Positions 1 through 8,259 of a DNA stretch of 27,108 nucleotides are shown here, piece after piece. The first letter of the stretch is position 1. Every line of letters starts with the position of its first letter. The notes below the pieces were generated by a model, which was not told the origin of the DNA, did no database searches, and was given only the letters and a program-made list of their open reading frames with translations. The position numbers were made by a program, and so were the translations under genes. This DNA is from Pyrinomonadaceae bacterium (GTDB lineage Bacteria > Acidobacteriota > Blastocatellia > Pyrinomonadales > Pyrinomonadaceae): assembly GCA_035627975.1 (NCBI GenBank), contig DASPKR010000545.1:1-27108 (forward strand). The letters are read 5' to 3'.

Positions 1-189
1 GGCGAAGAGGTGATGCGCGTCTTGCTCGACCTCAACGCCTCGGGGCAGACCGTCTTCATGGTCACGCACAACCCCTCGAACGCCGCGCTCGCGCACAGGG
101 TTCTGAACATACGGGACGGGAGGCTCTGCGGCGAGGGAATCGCGCCGGCCGAGACGGCGGAGGCGGCGCCCGAGTTGCTCACCGCCTGA
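1..189 (+). CDS. ABC transporter ATP-binding protein, C-terminal fragment (LolD/MacB-like), truncated at window edge
   Basis: Frame 1 reads GEEVMRVLLDLNASGQTVFMVTHNPSNAALAHRVLNIRDGRL...LTA*, stop TGA 187-189. The VTH switch motif followed by the R(V)xxxRDG tail is typical of LolD/MacB-type ATPases. Not in the ORF track because the start is outside the window. Confidence 0.85.
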   Translation, partial: GEEVMRVLLDLNASGQTVFMVTHNPSNAALAHRVLNIRDGRLCGEGIAPAETAEAAPELLTA

Positions 190-204
190 CGAACAGGGGG
201 AATC

Positions 205-2373
205 GTGAGGCTTATAATTTTATCTTTCATCATCCTGCTCGCGGGGCCGGCCGCGTCGGGGCAGAGCGTCTTCAGTGTGACCGTCAAAGACCAGGAGACG
301 CGCGAGCCCGTGCCCGGCGCGACCGTCTCGGTGAAGGGGACGGAGATTTCGGCGACGACCGACGCGCGGGGCGTCGCGCGGCTCGAAGGCGTCCCCGACG
401 GCGAGCAGACCGTCGAGATTTTCTCGGCCGGCTACGAGACCAAAGAGCTTAAGCTCACCTTCCCGGCGGCGGCGGCCGACGGCGAGGTCTTCATCAAGGT
501 CAACAACGACCTCGGCGAGGTGACGGTCGTCGAGACTACACGCACGGGGCGCGAGATAGACGACGTGCCCACGCGCGTCGAGGCCATAGACGAGGAAGAG
601 ATCGGCGAGAAGATGAGCATGCGCCCGGCCAACGTCTCGATGGTCTTGAACGAGAGCACCGGGATAAAAGTGCAGCAGACCAGCGCGACCACGCAGACGC
701 AGAGCGTGCGCATACAGGGCCTCGACGGCCGCTACACGCAGATTCTCAAGGACGGCTTCCCCGCCTTCGGCGGCTTCTCCGGCAGCCTCGGCGTGCTAGA
801 CATCCCGCCGCTCGACTTGAAGCAGGTCGAGATAGTCAAAGGCCCGGCGGCGACCTTCTACGGCGGAGGGGCGATTGCGGGCGTCATCAACTTCATCAGC
901 CGGCAGCCGGAGGAGGAGCCCGTCACGAACATGATCTTCAACGCGACCTCGGCCGGGGGCCTCGACTTCTCCGTCTTCGACGCCCGCCGCCTCGGCCGCC
1001 ACGGCTACACGCTGCTCGGCTCCGTCAACCTACAGCGCGAGTACGACGCTGACTCCGACGACTTCACGGAACTGCCCCGCGCCCGCTCGTTCAACGTCGC
1101 GCCGCGCCTCTTCTTCTCGCTCGGTGGGAGGGCGCGCCTGACAATCGGGAACTCGACCTCCTACCAGAGCCGCGAGGGCGGCGACGTGCAAGTCATACGC
1201 GGCCGCGCGGACGAGCAACACCGCTACTCGGAGCGCAACGACTCGCTGCGCAACATCACGACCTTGCAGCTCGACCGCGAGCTGTCCGCCGGCCGCAGGC
1301 TCGTCGCGCGCCAGAGCCTCGCCCTCTTCACGCGCGAGATAGAAATCCCCGGCTACCGATTCGACGGCCGACAGTTCAACTCCTACACCGACATCTCCTA
1401 CTTCCACCCCGTCGGGGGCCACGCCCTCGTCTTCGGCTTCAACGCCGCGCACGACGGCTTCTCCGAGCGCGGCGCCGTCGCCGGCACGGGCGCGCGCGAC
1501 GAGAGCCGCACGACCTTCGGCGGCTACGCGCAGGACAGCTTCGCCGTCACCGAGAAGTTATCGCTCGAAGCCGGCTTCCGCCTCGACCACGTCCGCGGCT
1601 ACGGCGCCTTCGCGCTGCCGCGCGTCTCCGCGCTCTACCGCTTCACCGGCCGCTTGAGCAGCCGCTTCACCGTCGGTTTCGGCTACAAGGCGCCGAGCAT
1701 CTTCACAGAAGAGGCGGAGACTTTGCTCTTCCGCGGCGTCCTGCCCGTCGGGAACTCTCTGAAAGCTGAGCGCAGCCGCGGCGGCACCTTCGACGTGAAC
1801 TACCGAGGCACGGCCGGCGAGAAGTTCTCCTACTCACTTAACCAGATGTTCTTCTACACCGAAATTGAAGACCCGCTCGTCCTGACGGCCGGGCCGGGCG
1901 GCACGTTCCGTTTCATCAACGCCGCGCGCCCCGTCGCGAGCGCCGGCTTCGAGTCGAACGCGCGCCTCTCATACGACTTCGTAAAGCTCTTCGCCGGCTT
2001 CACCTTCACCAGCGCGAAGGCGAAGTACCTAGCGGGCGACCGGACACTCGCGCTCACGCCGAAGGGCAGGCTCAACTCCGCCCTGCTCTTCGAGCGCGAG
2101 GAGAATTTCAAGGCGGGCGTCGAGGCTTACTACACGAGCGGCCAGCTCCTCACAGACCGCTCCCGCGCGCGCGCCTTCTGGGTCGTGGGCCTCTTCGGCG
2201 AAAAGACTTTCGGCAAGTACAGCCTCTTCTTCAACGCCGAGAACGTCACGGATACGCGGCAGGGCCGCTTCGGCACGGTCGTCTTCCCGCCGCGACAGAA
2301 CCCGACCTTCGCGGAGATTTACACCCACACCGAGGGGCGCGTCTTCAACGGCGGTGTCAAGGTGAGGCTCTGA
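205..2373 (+). CDS. TonB-dependent outer-membrane receptor with N-terminal carboxypeptidase-regulatory-like domain
   Basis: 722 aa. Signal peptide; N-terminal VTVKDQETREPVPGATVSVKGT...TTDARG domain; plug motifs (VRIQGLDGRYTQILKDG, QVEIVKGPAATFYGGGAIAGVINFIS); beta-strand-rich barrel; C-terminal GRVFNGGVKVRL. Confidence 0.92.
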   Translation: MRLIILSFIILLAGPAASGQSVFSVTVKDQETREPVPGATVSVKGTEISATTDARGVARLEGVPDGEQTVEIFSAGYETKELKLTFPAAAADGEVFIKVNNDLGEVTVVETTRTGREIDDVPTRVEAIDEEEIGEKMSMRPANVSMVLNESTGIKVQQTSATTQTQSVRIQGLDGRYTQILKDGFPAFGGFSGSLGVLDIPPLDLKQVEIVKGPAATFYGGGAIAGVINFISRQPEEEPVTNMIFNATSAGGLDFSVFDARRLGRHGYTLLGSVNLQREYDADSDDFTELPRARSFNVAPRLFFSLGGRARLTIGNSTSYQSREGGDVQVIRGRADEQHRYSERNDSLRNITTLQLDRELSAGRRLVARQSLALFTREIEIPGYRFDGRQFNSYTDISYFHPVGGHALVFGFNAAHDGFSERGAVAGTGARDESRTTFGGYAQDSFAVTEKLSLEAGFRLDHVRGYGAFALPRVSALYRFTGRLSSRFTVGFGYKAPSIFTEEAETLLFRGVLPVGNSLKAERSRGGTFDVNYRGTAGEKFSYSLNQMFFYTEIEDPLVLTAGPGGTFRFINAARPVASAGFESNARLSYDFVKLFAGFTFTSAKAKYLAGDRTLALTPKGRLNSALLFEREENFKAGVEAYYTSGQLLTDRSRARAFWVVGLFGEKTFGKYSLFFNAENVTDTRQGRFGTVVFPPRQNPTFAEIYTHTEGRVFNGGVKVRL

Positions 2374-2428
2374 CAAGGGGCAGTCAGGGAGGCCCGTGCC
2401 ACATCCACGAACTATTTTCAACTTCCGC

Positions 2429-2460
2429 TTGACACTGTACTCGTCTCCAGGGTCTAGACT
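2429..2460 (+). promoter_or_regulatory. MerR-family (ZntR/CadR-like) promoter-operator P1: TTGACA-20 bp-TAGACT
   Basis: TTGACA 2429-2434, spacer CTGTACTCGTCTCCAGGGTC (20 nt, imperfect dyad CTG..CAG), TAGACT 2455-2460. RBS GGAGGG 2497-2502 precedes ATG 2508. Identical to P2 at 21 of 32 positions. Confidence 0.75.
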
Positions 2461-2507
2461 CTCATTCGTGGGCCGGCAATGCCCGAAAATTTCTACGGAG
2501 GGCGGTC

Positions 2508-4016
2508 ATGAGAATCTTAATTTTCGGCACTTGGCGCTTGCGCGTGCTCCTGCTGGCATCGGCAATTCTATACGCCGCCGCGCCGGAGGCGGCGGGGCAG
2601 CATCACCACGACCCACCCGTCGCGCGGCCGACCCCAACCGCGACACCGAAACCAACTCCCGCGCCGAAGCCCACGCCCGCGGAGGCCGTCGTAGCACCCG
2701 GCCGCCCCGCGCAGGCGACCACGGGCGGCGCGGCGCATGATCATAGTGCCCACGGCCAGGGTGCGGAGGTCACGAAATCCGCCGAGGGCGACAGCCCGCA
2801 CGGTGGGCACAGCGCCGGTGACGTGCCGATGACGAGCCGCGACGGCTCCGGCACTTCATGGCAGCCCGCCTCTACGCCCGCCTACATGCTCCACAAGCGC
2901 GCGGGGGGATGGCTGCTGATGCTGCACGGCGAGGCGAAAGTGGGCGTCAACTCGCAGGGCGGGCCGCGCGGCGTCACGAAGTTCGAGTCTCAGAACTGGC
3001 TCATGCCGATGGCGACGAGGGAGGCCGGGCGCGGCACGCTCGAACTGCGCGGCATGTTCAGCCTGGAACCTCTTACCTACTCGGGCGCCGGCTCGCCGCA
3101 ACTCTTCCAGTCGGGCGAGGTCTATCAGGGGCGGCCCATAGTGGACGCACAGCACCCGCACGACCTGCTGATGGAGCTGTCGGCGCGCTACACGCTGCCG
3201 GTCGGTGACCGCGGCTCCTGGTTCGCCTACTTCGGCTACCCGGGCGAGCCCGCCCTGGGTCCCGTCGCCTTCATGCACCGCGCGTCGGCCGCGGAGAACC
3301 CGTCGGCGCCGCTCGCACACCACCTTCAGGACTCGACGCACATCTCGTTCGGCGTCTTCACGACCGGCTTCACCTACCGCTGGCTGAAGGTGGAGGGCTC
3401 GGTCTTCAACGGGCGCGAGCCGGACGAAGAGAGGTACGGCTTCGAGGCCGGGCCTTGGAACTCGCGCTCGGTTCGCGTCTCCGTGGCGCCGAACAAGAAC
3501 TGGGCCCTCCAGTACTCCTATGGGTTCCTGAAGAACCCGGAGCTGCTGCACGAGGGCGACACTCACCGCCAGACGGCGTCAATTCAGTACAACAGGCCGC
3601 TCGCGCGCGGGAACTGGGCGACGAGCCTGGTCTGGGGGCGCAACCGCGAGGGCGACGAGGGCCACACCTTCAGGCTCAACAGCTACACGCTGGAATCCAC
3701 GCTCAACTTCGCGGGCAAGAACTACATCTACACGCGCCTGGAGCTGGTGGATAAGAAGGACATCCTCCGGCCCGAGGACCTGCCTAAGCTGGGGCTCGGG
3801 GAGCACGCGCACCCCCAGTTCCGCATAGGTGCCTACAGCTTCGGCTACGTGCGCGACCTCTACGCGGGCGACAAGTACTCCCTGGGCCTGGGCGGCGACA
3901 CGACCTTCTACTCGAAGCCGGAAGCCCTCGACGTGCTCTACGGCAAGAGCCCGGTCTCGTGGAAGGGGTTCCTCCGAATACGGCTCGGGGGCAGGGGCGC
4001 GGGCCACGGGATGTGA
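2508..4016 (+). CDS. Uncharacterised exported His-rich protein, probable outer-membrane beta-barrel
   Basis: 502 aa. Signal peptide ending AAG-Q; His clusters (QHHHD, AHDHSAHG, PHGGHS) around a Pro/Thr linker; SRDGSGTSWQP motif; then alternating amphipathic strands (WALQYSYG, TASIQYN, ATSLVWG, YTLESTLNF, YSFGYVRD). Barrel assignment is inferred from the pattern. Confidence 0.7.
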   Translation: MRILIFGTWRLRVLLLASAILYAAAPEAAGQHHHDPPVARPTPTATPKPTPAPKPTPAEAVVAPGRPAQATTGGAAHDHSAHGQGAEVTKSAEGDSPHGGHSAGDVPMTSRDGSGTSWQPASTPAYMLHKRAGGWLLMLHGEAKVGVNSQGGPRGVTKFESQNWLMPMATREAGRGTLELRGMFSLEPLTYSGAGSPQLFQSGEVYQGRPIVDAQHPHDLLMELSARYTLPVGDRGSWFAYFGYPGEPALGPVAFMHRASAAENPSAPLAHHLQDSTHISFGVFTTGFTYRWLKVEGSVFNGREPDEERYGFEAGPWNSRSVRVSVAPNKNWALQYSYGFLKNPELLHEGDTHRQTASIQYNRPLARGNWATSLVWGRNREGDEGHTFRLNSYTLESTLNFAGKNYIYTRLELVDKKDILRPEDLPKLGLGEHAHPQFRIGAYSFGYVRDLYAGDKYSLGLGGDTTFYSKPEALDVLYGKSPVSWKGFLRIRLGGRGAGHGM

Positions 4017-4064
4017 GGGGCGAAAATTCGCCCCGCAAATTTTTAAGGGCTCGAAAAATACCTG

Positions 4065-4096
4065 TTGACTCTGTAGTGCAGTACAGACTTTATACT
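4065..4096 (+). promoter_or_regulatory. MerR-family promoter-operator P2: TTGACT-20 bp-TATACT with dyad TCTGTA-gTGCAg-TACAGA
   Basis: TTGACT 4065-4070; perfect half-sites TCTGTA 4070-4075 and TACAGA 4082-4087; TATACT 4091-4096. An elongated spacer containing a dyad is the established MerR-activated promoter architecture, and merR lies directly downstream. Confidence 0.88.
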
Positions 4097-4183
4097 GGGA
4101 ACAGCTTGTGACGGGAGGTTGGCTAAGTGATGCGTGATACGAGCCGAGGCGCGAGGACGGTAGGCGAGGAGGAGGGGCGGCGG

Positions 4184-4636
4184 ATGCTCAAGATCGGCGA
4201 CGTCTCCAAACGGAGCGGCATCGGCGTCGAGGCGCTCAGGTTCTACGAGAAGAGCGGGCTGCTGGATAAGCCGTCGCGCACCTACAGCGGCTACCGCGTT
4301 TACGGCGAGGAGGTGCTGGAGCGGCTGGCCTTCATCAAGCGGGCGCAGGCGCTCGGCTTCTCCCTCGAGGAGATAAGGCAGATTGTGGACGACGCCCGGA
4401 GGGGTGAGAGCCCCTGCGAGGAGGTGCGCGAGATAGTCCGGCGCCGCATGGAGGAGCTCGACGAGCGGCTGCGCGAGCTGCACCGCTACAGGAAGGAACT
4501 CAAGCACACGCTAGAAGAGTGGGACAAGGTGGGGCGCGCGCCCGGCCACATCTGCGGGCTCATCGAGGGCTCGGAGGTCAGGCACGCCGCACACCACAAG
4601 GGGGAAGGGCTGAAGCGAGGGAAGCGCGGGGCCTGA
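4184..4636 (+). CDS. MerR-family heavy-metal-responsive transcriptional regulator
   Basis: 150 aa from ATG 4184 (strong SD GAGGAGGAGG upstream). wHTH MLKIGDVSKRSGIGVEALRFYEKSGLL...SGYRVY; LAFIKRAQALGFSLEEI; coiled-coil helix; C78, H122, C124 and a His-containing tail. Confidence 0.93.
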   Translation: MLKIGDVSKRSGIGVEALRFYEKSGLLDKPSRTYSGYRVYGEEVLERLAFIKRAQALGFSLEEIRQIVDDARRGESPCEEVREIVRRRMEELDERLRELHRYRKELKHTLEEWDKVGRAPGHICGLIEGSEVRHAAHHKGEGLKRGKRGA

Positions 4637-4687
4637 AAGCCCCGCGGCGGGCGGGGCTCCCCGGCGACGGGGGAAGGGAGTCCGAAG

Positions 4688-6982
4688 ATGCAAGCAACAT
4701 CTGCGACGAAAGAAGAGTCAGTTGACCCGGTGTGCGGGATGACGGTCGTCCCGGCGAAGGCCGCCGGGACGAGCGAGCGCGACGGCGTGCGTCACTACTT
4801 CTGCTCGCGAGGGTGTAAGGAGAGGTTCGACTCGGCGGGCGCCGGCGCCGCGCACGAGGGTCACGGTCACCGCGGCCACGTCATGAACGAGCCGGAGCAG
4901 GCCCGCCAAGCTCCGCGCGGCGGCGATGCCCGGGAGGCGCAGGCCGAGAGCTATCGCACGATGATGCGGAAGTTCTGGTTCGCGGCCGCCGTCGGCGCCC
5001 CGCTGCTACTGCTGATGTTCGCGGAGTTCGTCCCCGCGTGGCAGCACGCGCTGATGCCGTACCACCGCCTGATAGGTATGGCCTCCGCCGCGCTGACTCT
5101 GCCGGTGCTCGCGTGGTCGGGCCGGCAGTTCTTCGAGAGCGCGTGGAACGGCCTGCTCAACCACAACACGAACATGGACACGCTGGTCGCGCTCGGCACG
5201 GGCGCGGCCTGGGCATACTCGGCCGCGGCCGTCGCGGCGCCGGGCCTCTTTCCCGAAGGCACCGGGGGGATGTACTTCGAGGTGGCGGTCATCGTCATCG
5301 CGCTCATACTGCTCGGGCAGGCGCTCGAGATGAGGGCGAAGAGCCGTTCGAGCGCGGCGCTCAGGAAGCTGCTCGAGCTACAGGCGAAGACCGCGCGCGT
5401 CGTCCGCGGCGGCCGCGAGGTTGACGTGCCCATAGAGGAGGTGGTGGTCGGCGACACGGTGCTCGTCCGCCCCGGCGAGAAGGTGCCGGTGGACGGCGTC
5501 ATCATTGACGGCGAATCGGCGGTTGACGAGTCAATAGTGACCGGCGAGTCCGTCCCCGTGGATAAGAAGCGGGGCGACGGGGTCATCGGCTCGAGCGTCA
5601 ACAAGACGGGCGCGTTCACCTTCCGCGCGACGAAGGTCGGGGCCGATACGGCGCTCGCGCGCATTGTCGAGATGGTCGAGCGCGCGCAGAGCTCCAAGCC
5701 TCCGATTGGAAGACTGGTGGACAAGGTCAGCTCCTACTTCGTGCCGACGGTGATGATACTCGCCGTGCTGACGTTCCTGGCCTGGTTCAACTTCGGCCCC
5801 GAGCCCGCCGTCAACCACGCCGTCGTGACGATGGTCGCGGTGCTCGTCATCGCCTGCCCGTGCGCGCTCGGCCTGGCGACGCCCATCAGCTTGATGGTGG
5901 GCGTGGGGAAGGCGGCCGAGCACGGCGTGCTCATACGCAACGGCGAGGCGCTCGAGACCGCCTCCAGGCTCACGACCGTGGTGCTCGACAAGACGGGCAC
6001 TATTACGAAGGGCAAGCCGGAGCTGACCGACGTGCTGCCGCTCGAAGGCTTCGCGGAGGGCGAGCTGCTCCGCCTCGCCGCGACCGCGGATCGGCGGAGC
6101 GAGCACCCGCTCGCGGAGGCAATCGTGAGCGGCGCGCGCTCGCGCGGCGTCACGCTCGGCGAGCCGGAGGAGTTCGAGGCGGTGCCGGGCCACGGCGTCG
6201 AGGCGACGGTCGAAGGCATGAGCGTGGCCGTCGGCAACCGGAAGCTGATGGAGAGGGCGGGCGTTGACGCCTCGGCCTTCGAGCCGGCGGCGGCCGGGCT
6301 AGCAGACGAGGGCAAGACGCCGATGTTCGTCGCCGTCGGGGGCCAGCCGGCCGGCGTCGTGGGCGTCGCCGACACGCTAAAGGAAGACTCCGTGGAGGCC
6401 GTGCGCGCCCTGCGCTCGATGGGCATTGACGTGGTGATGATAACCGGCGACAACGAGCGCACGGCGCGCGCCATCGCGCGCCAGGCCGGCATCGAGCAGG
6501 TGCTGGCCGAGGTGCTGCCCGAGGAGAAAGCGCGGCAGGTCGAGAGGTTGCAGGCCGAAGGCCCGCCGCGCGGGGGGCGCAGGGCCCGCGGCGCGCGCCT
6601 CGTCGGGATGGTGGGAGACGGCATCAACGACGCGCCGGCGCTCGCGCAGGCCGACGTGGGCTTCGCCGTAGGGACGGGGACGGACGTCGCCATAGAGGCG
6701 GCTGACGTGACGCTCGTCGGCGGGAGTTTGAGGGGCGTCGTCACGGCGATAGAGGTCTCGCGGGCGACGCTGCGCAACATAAAGCAGAACCTGTTCGGCG
6801 CCTTCATCTACAACGTGCTCGGCATCCCCGTGGCGGCGGGCGTCTTCTACCCGCTCTTCGGGGTGCTGCTCTCGCCCATCATCGCGGGGGCGGCGATGGC
6901 CGCGTCTTCCATAACGGTCGTGACGAACGCGAACCGCCTTCGGCTCTTCGGGCCGCGGCGCGCGGGGGAGGTGAGAGGATGA
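4688..6982 (+). CDS. copA: Copper/silver-translocating P1B-1 ATPase with N-terminal YHS-type metal-binding domain
   Basis: 764 aa. DPVCGM...YFCSRGC (YHS/TRASH), His-rich linker, [38 protein letters not shown] (FIYNVLGIP) and MAASS. The CPC/YN/MxxSS set is the established Cu(I)/Ag(I) signature. Confidence 0.95.
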   Translation: MQATSATKEESVDPVCGMTVVPAKAAGTSERDGVRHYFCSRGCKERFDSAGAGAAHEGHGHRGHVMNEPEQARQAPRGGDAREAQAESYRTMMRKFWFAAAVGAPLLLLMFAEFVPAWQHALMPYHRLIGMASAALTLPVLAWSGRQFFESAWNGLLNHNTNMDTLVALGTGAAWAYSAAAVAAPGLFPEGTGGMYFEVAVIVIALILLGQALEMRAKSRSSAALRKLLELQAKTARVVRGGREVDVPIEEVVVGDTVLVRPGEKVPVDGVIIDGESAVDESIVTGESVPVDKKRGDGVIGSSVNKTGAFTFRATKVGADTALARIVEMVERAQSSKPPIGRLVDKVSSYFVPTVMILAVLTFLAWFNFGPEPAVNHAVVTMVAVLVIACPCALGLATPISLMVGVGKAAEHGVLIRNGEALETASRLTTVVLDKTGTITKGKPELTDVLPLEGFAEGELLRLAATADRRSEHPLAEAIVSGARSRGVTLGEPEEFEAVPGHGVEATVEGMSVAVGNRKLMERAGVDASAFEPAAAGLADEGKTPMFVAVGGQPAGVVGVADTLKEDSVEAVRALRSMGIDVVMITGDNERTARAIARQAGIEQVLAEVLPEEKARQVERLQAEGPPRGGRRARGARLVGMVGDGINDAPALAQADVGFAVGTGTDVAIEAADVTLVGGSLRGVVTAIEVSRATLRNIKQNLFGAFIYNVLGIPVAAGVFYPLFGVLLSPIIAGAAMAASSITVVTNANRLRLFGPRRAGEVRG

Positions 6983-7356
6983 CTGCCACGCAGATAGTCG
7001 TGACGCTCTTAGGGTTCGGCCTCATCGGCTGGGTGGTCTGGTACTTCTGGCTCTGGGAGGGCGAGTCGGTCGAGGCGCGCGCCGGGGCCGGGGGCTTGCA
7101 GGTCGTTGACGTGACGGTGAAGGGCGGCTACCAGCCGGCCGCGATTGTCGCTAAAGCCGGCCGGCCGCTGCGACTGAACTTCACGCGCCGCGAGTCAACG
7201 CCGTGCGGCGAGGAGGTCGTGCTGCCTGGCTTCGGCCGACGCGCGCACCTGCCCGAGGGGGAGACGGTCGCCGTCGAGATGACGCCCGCGGAGCCGGGCG
7301 AGTACGAGTTCACGTGCGGCATGAACATGTATAAGGGGAAGATAATCGTCAGGTGA
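6979..7356 (+). CDS. cupA: Membrane-anchored cupredoxin-fold copper chaperone, CupA-like
   Basis: 125 aa. N-terminal TM helix; V.V.GGY.P; STPC; [17 protein letters not shown]. This matches the Cys plus CGMNM ligand set of streptococcal CupA as I recall it. The ATGA overlap with the copA stop implies translational coupling. Confidence 0.85.
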   Translation: MTATQIVVTLLGFGLIGWVVWYFWLWEGESVEARAGAGGLQVVDVTVKGGYQPAAIVAKAGRPLRLNFTRRESTPCGEEVVLPGFGRRAHLPEGETVAVEMTPAEPGEYEFTCGMNMYKGKIIVR

Positions 7357-7392
7357 CGGGCGCGCGTGACAGCGGTCGCCGGGATGGGCTAT

Positions 7393-7425
7393 GCTTGGGC
7401 GCGTAGCTCTTAGCCGCGCCCAAGC
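7393..7425. other. 11-bp stem hairpin after the cop operon (possible weak terminator or processing site)
   Basis: GCTTGGGCGCG (7393-7403) / CGCGCCCAAGC (7415-7425), 11-nt loop. No U-tract, so a terminator role is uncertain. Confidence 0.45.
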
Positions 7426-7445
7426 TAAGGGCTAATGGTTTCTTG

Positions 7446-7535
<90 letters not shown>

Positions 7536-7559
7536 TTCAGTTCTGAGTCGGCGCGCCAG

Positions 7560-8072
7560 ATGAGAAGACTGCTGTTGACAATCTCGGCCCTCGGCCTGCT
7601 GTGCGCCGTCGCGGCGGCGGCCGGCGACGCTTCGGCGCAGAGGCGCGGCAGGGCTCGTCCCCGCCCCGTCTGCGGCGACCCGACCGTGAGGTGCCGCACG
7701 ACCGCAGTGTTCCAGCCGCACCAGTTGCCCTTCGAGGTCTCGGCCAGCGACGTTATAGTCGAGAGCGAGCCGTTCTACATGGTCATACTCAAGAGCGTGC
7801 GCGACACGGCGCAGGACGGCACGGTCTTCGTCCCCGAGGACGAGCGCCTTGAGGCGCAGAAGCTCTTCCCGCGCCACAAGGTCTTCGCCTCGCGCGGCTA
7901 CGAGCCCGACGAGCTCTACTACGAGGGTACGGCCGAGGGGCAGCAGTTCATGGCCGTCTTCGCGGGACGCACGCGCGCCGAGGCCGGGCGCGTGCTCGCC
8001 AGGGTGCGGGCCACGGGCAAGTTCCCCGGCGCGAACCTGCGGCGCACGCGCACTGGCTTTAACGGCACGTAA
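7560..8072 (+). CDS. Secreted hypothetical protein, possible SPOR-like C-terminus
   Basis: 170 aa from ATG 7560. Signal peptide MRRLLLTISALGLLCAVAAAAGDASA-Q; Cys pair CGDPTVRC; C-terminal strand-helix-strand (FMAVFAGRTRAEAGRVLARVRATGKFPGANLRR) resembles SPOR, which is inference. Confidence 0.7.
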   Translation: MRRLLLTISALGLLCAVAAAAGDASAQRRGRARPRPVCGDPTVRCRTTAVFQPHQLPFEVSASDVIVESEPFYMVILKSVRDTAQDGTVFVPEDERLEAQKLFPRHKVFASRGYEPDELYYEGTAEGQQFMAVFAGRTRAEAGRVLARVRATGKFPGANLRRTRTGFNGT

Positions 8073-8146
8073 GGGTTAAACTCCCTACCCGGCGCGTGCA
8101 TCGCGCGCGGCGGCGCGGCGCATCAAAAGGGTTCTTGACAATTTAT

Positions 8147-8250
8147 CTGACTTCGGGCTCCGCACAACGCCAGCCCCGCGAACCCCGCCAGGCCGGGAAC
8201 GGAGCAACGGTAGCGGCGGCGGCGTGTGTTGCGGGTTAGTCCGGAGTCAG
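8147..8250 (+). ncRNA. ffs: Signal recognition particle RNA (small 4.5S type)
   Basis: Domain IV core GCGAAC...CAGG-CCG-GGAA-CGG-AGCA-ACGGTAGC at 8178-8214. Terminal helix CTGACTTCGGGCT (8147-8159) pairs with AGTCCGGAGTCAG (8238-8250) with two G-U pairs. Position upstream of dnaX is the common context. Ends are approximate. Confidence 0.93.
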
Positions 8251-8259
8251 GCCAGATCG

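Noticed and set aside
4127-4183. Upstream starts for merR
   Set aside because: The strong SD and the HTH start favour ATG 4184.
8135-8140. Perfect TTGACA as the -35 of ffs
   Set aside because: It is only 6 nt from the predicted RNA 5' end and has no -10 at the right spacing, so the ffs promoter could not be assigned.
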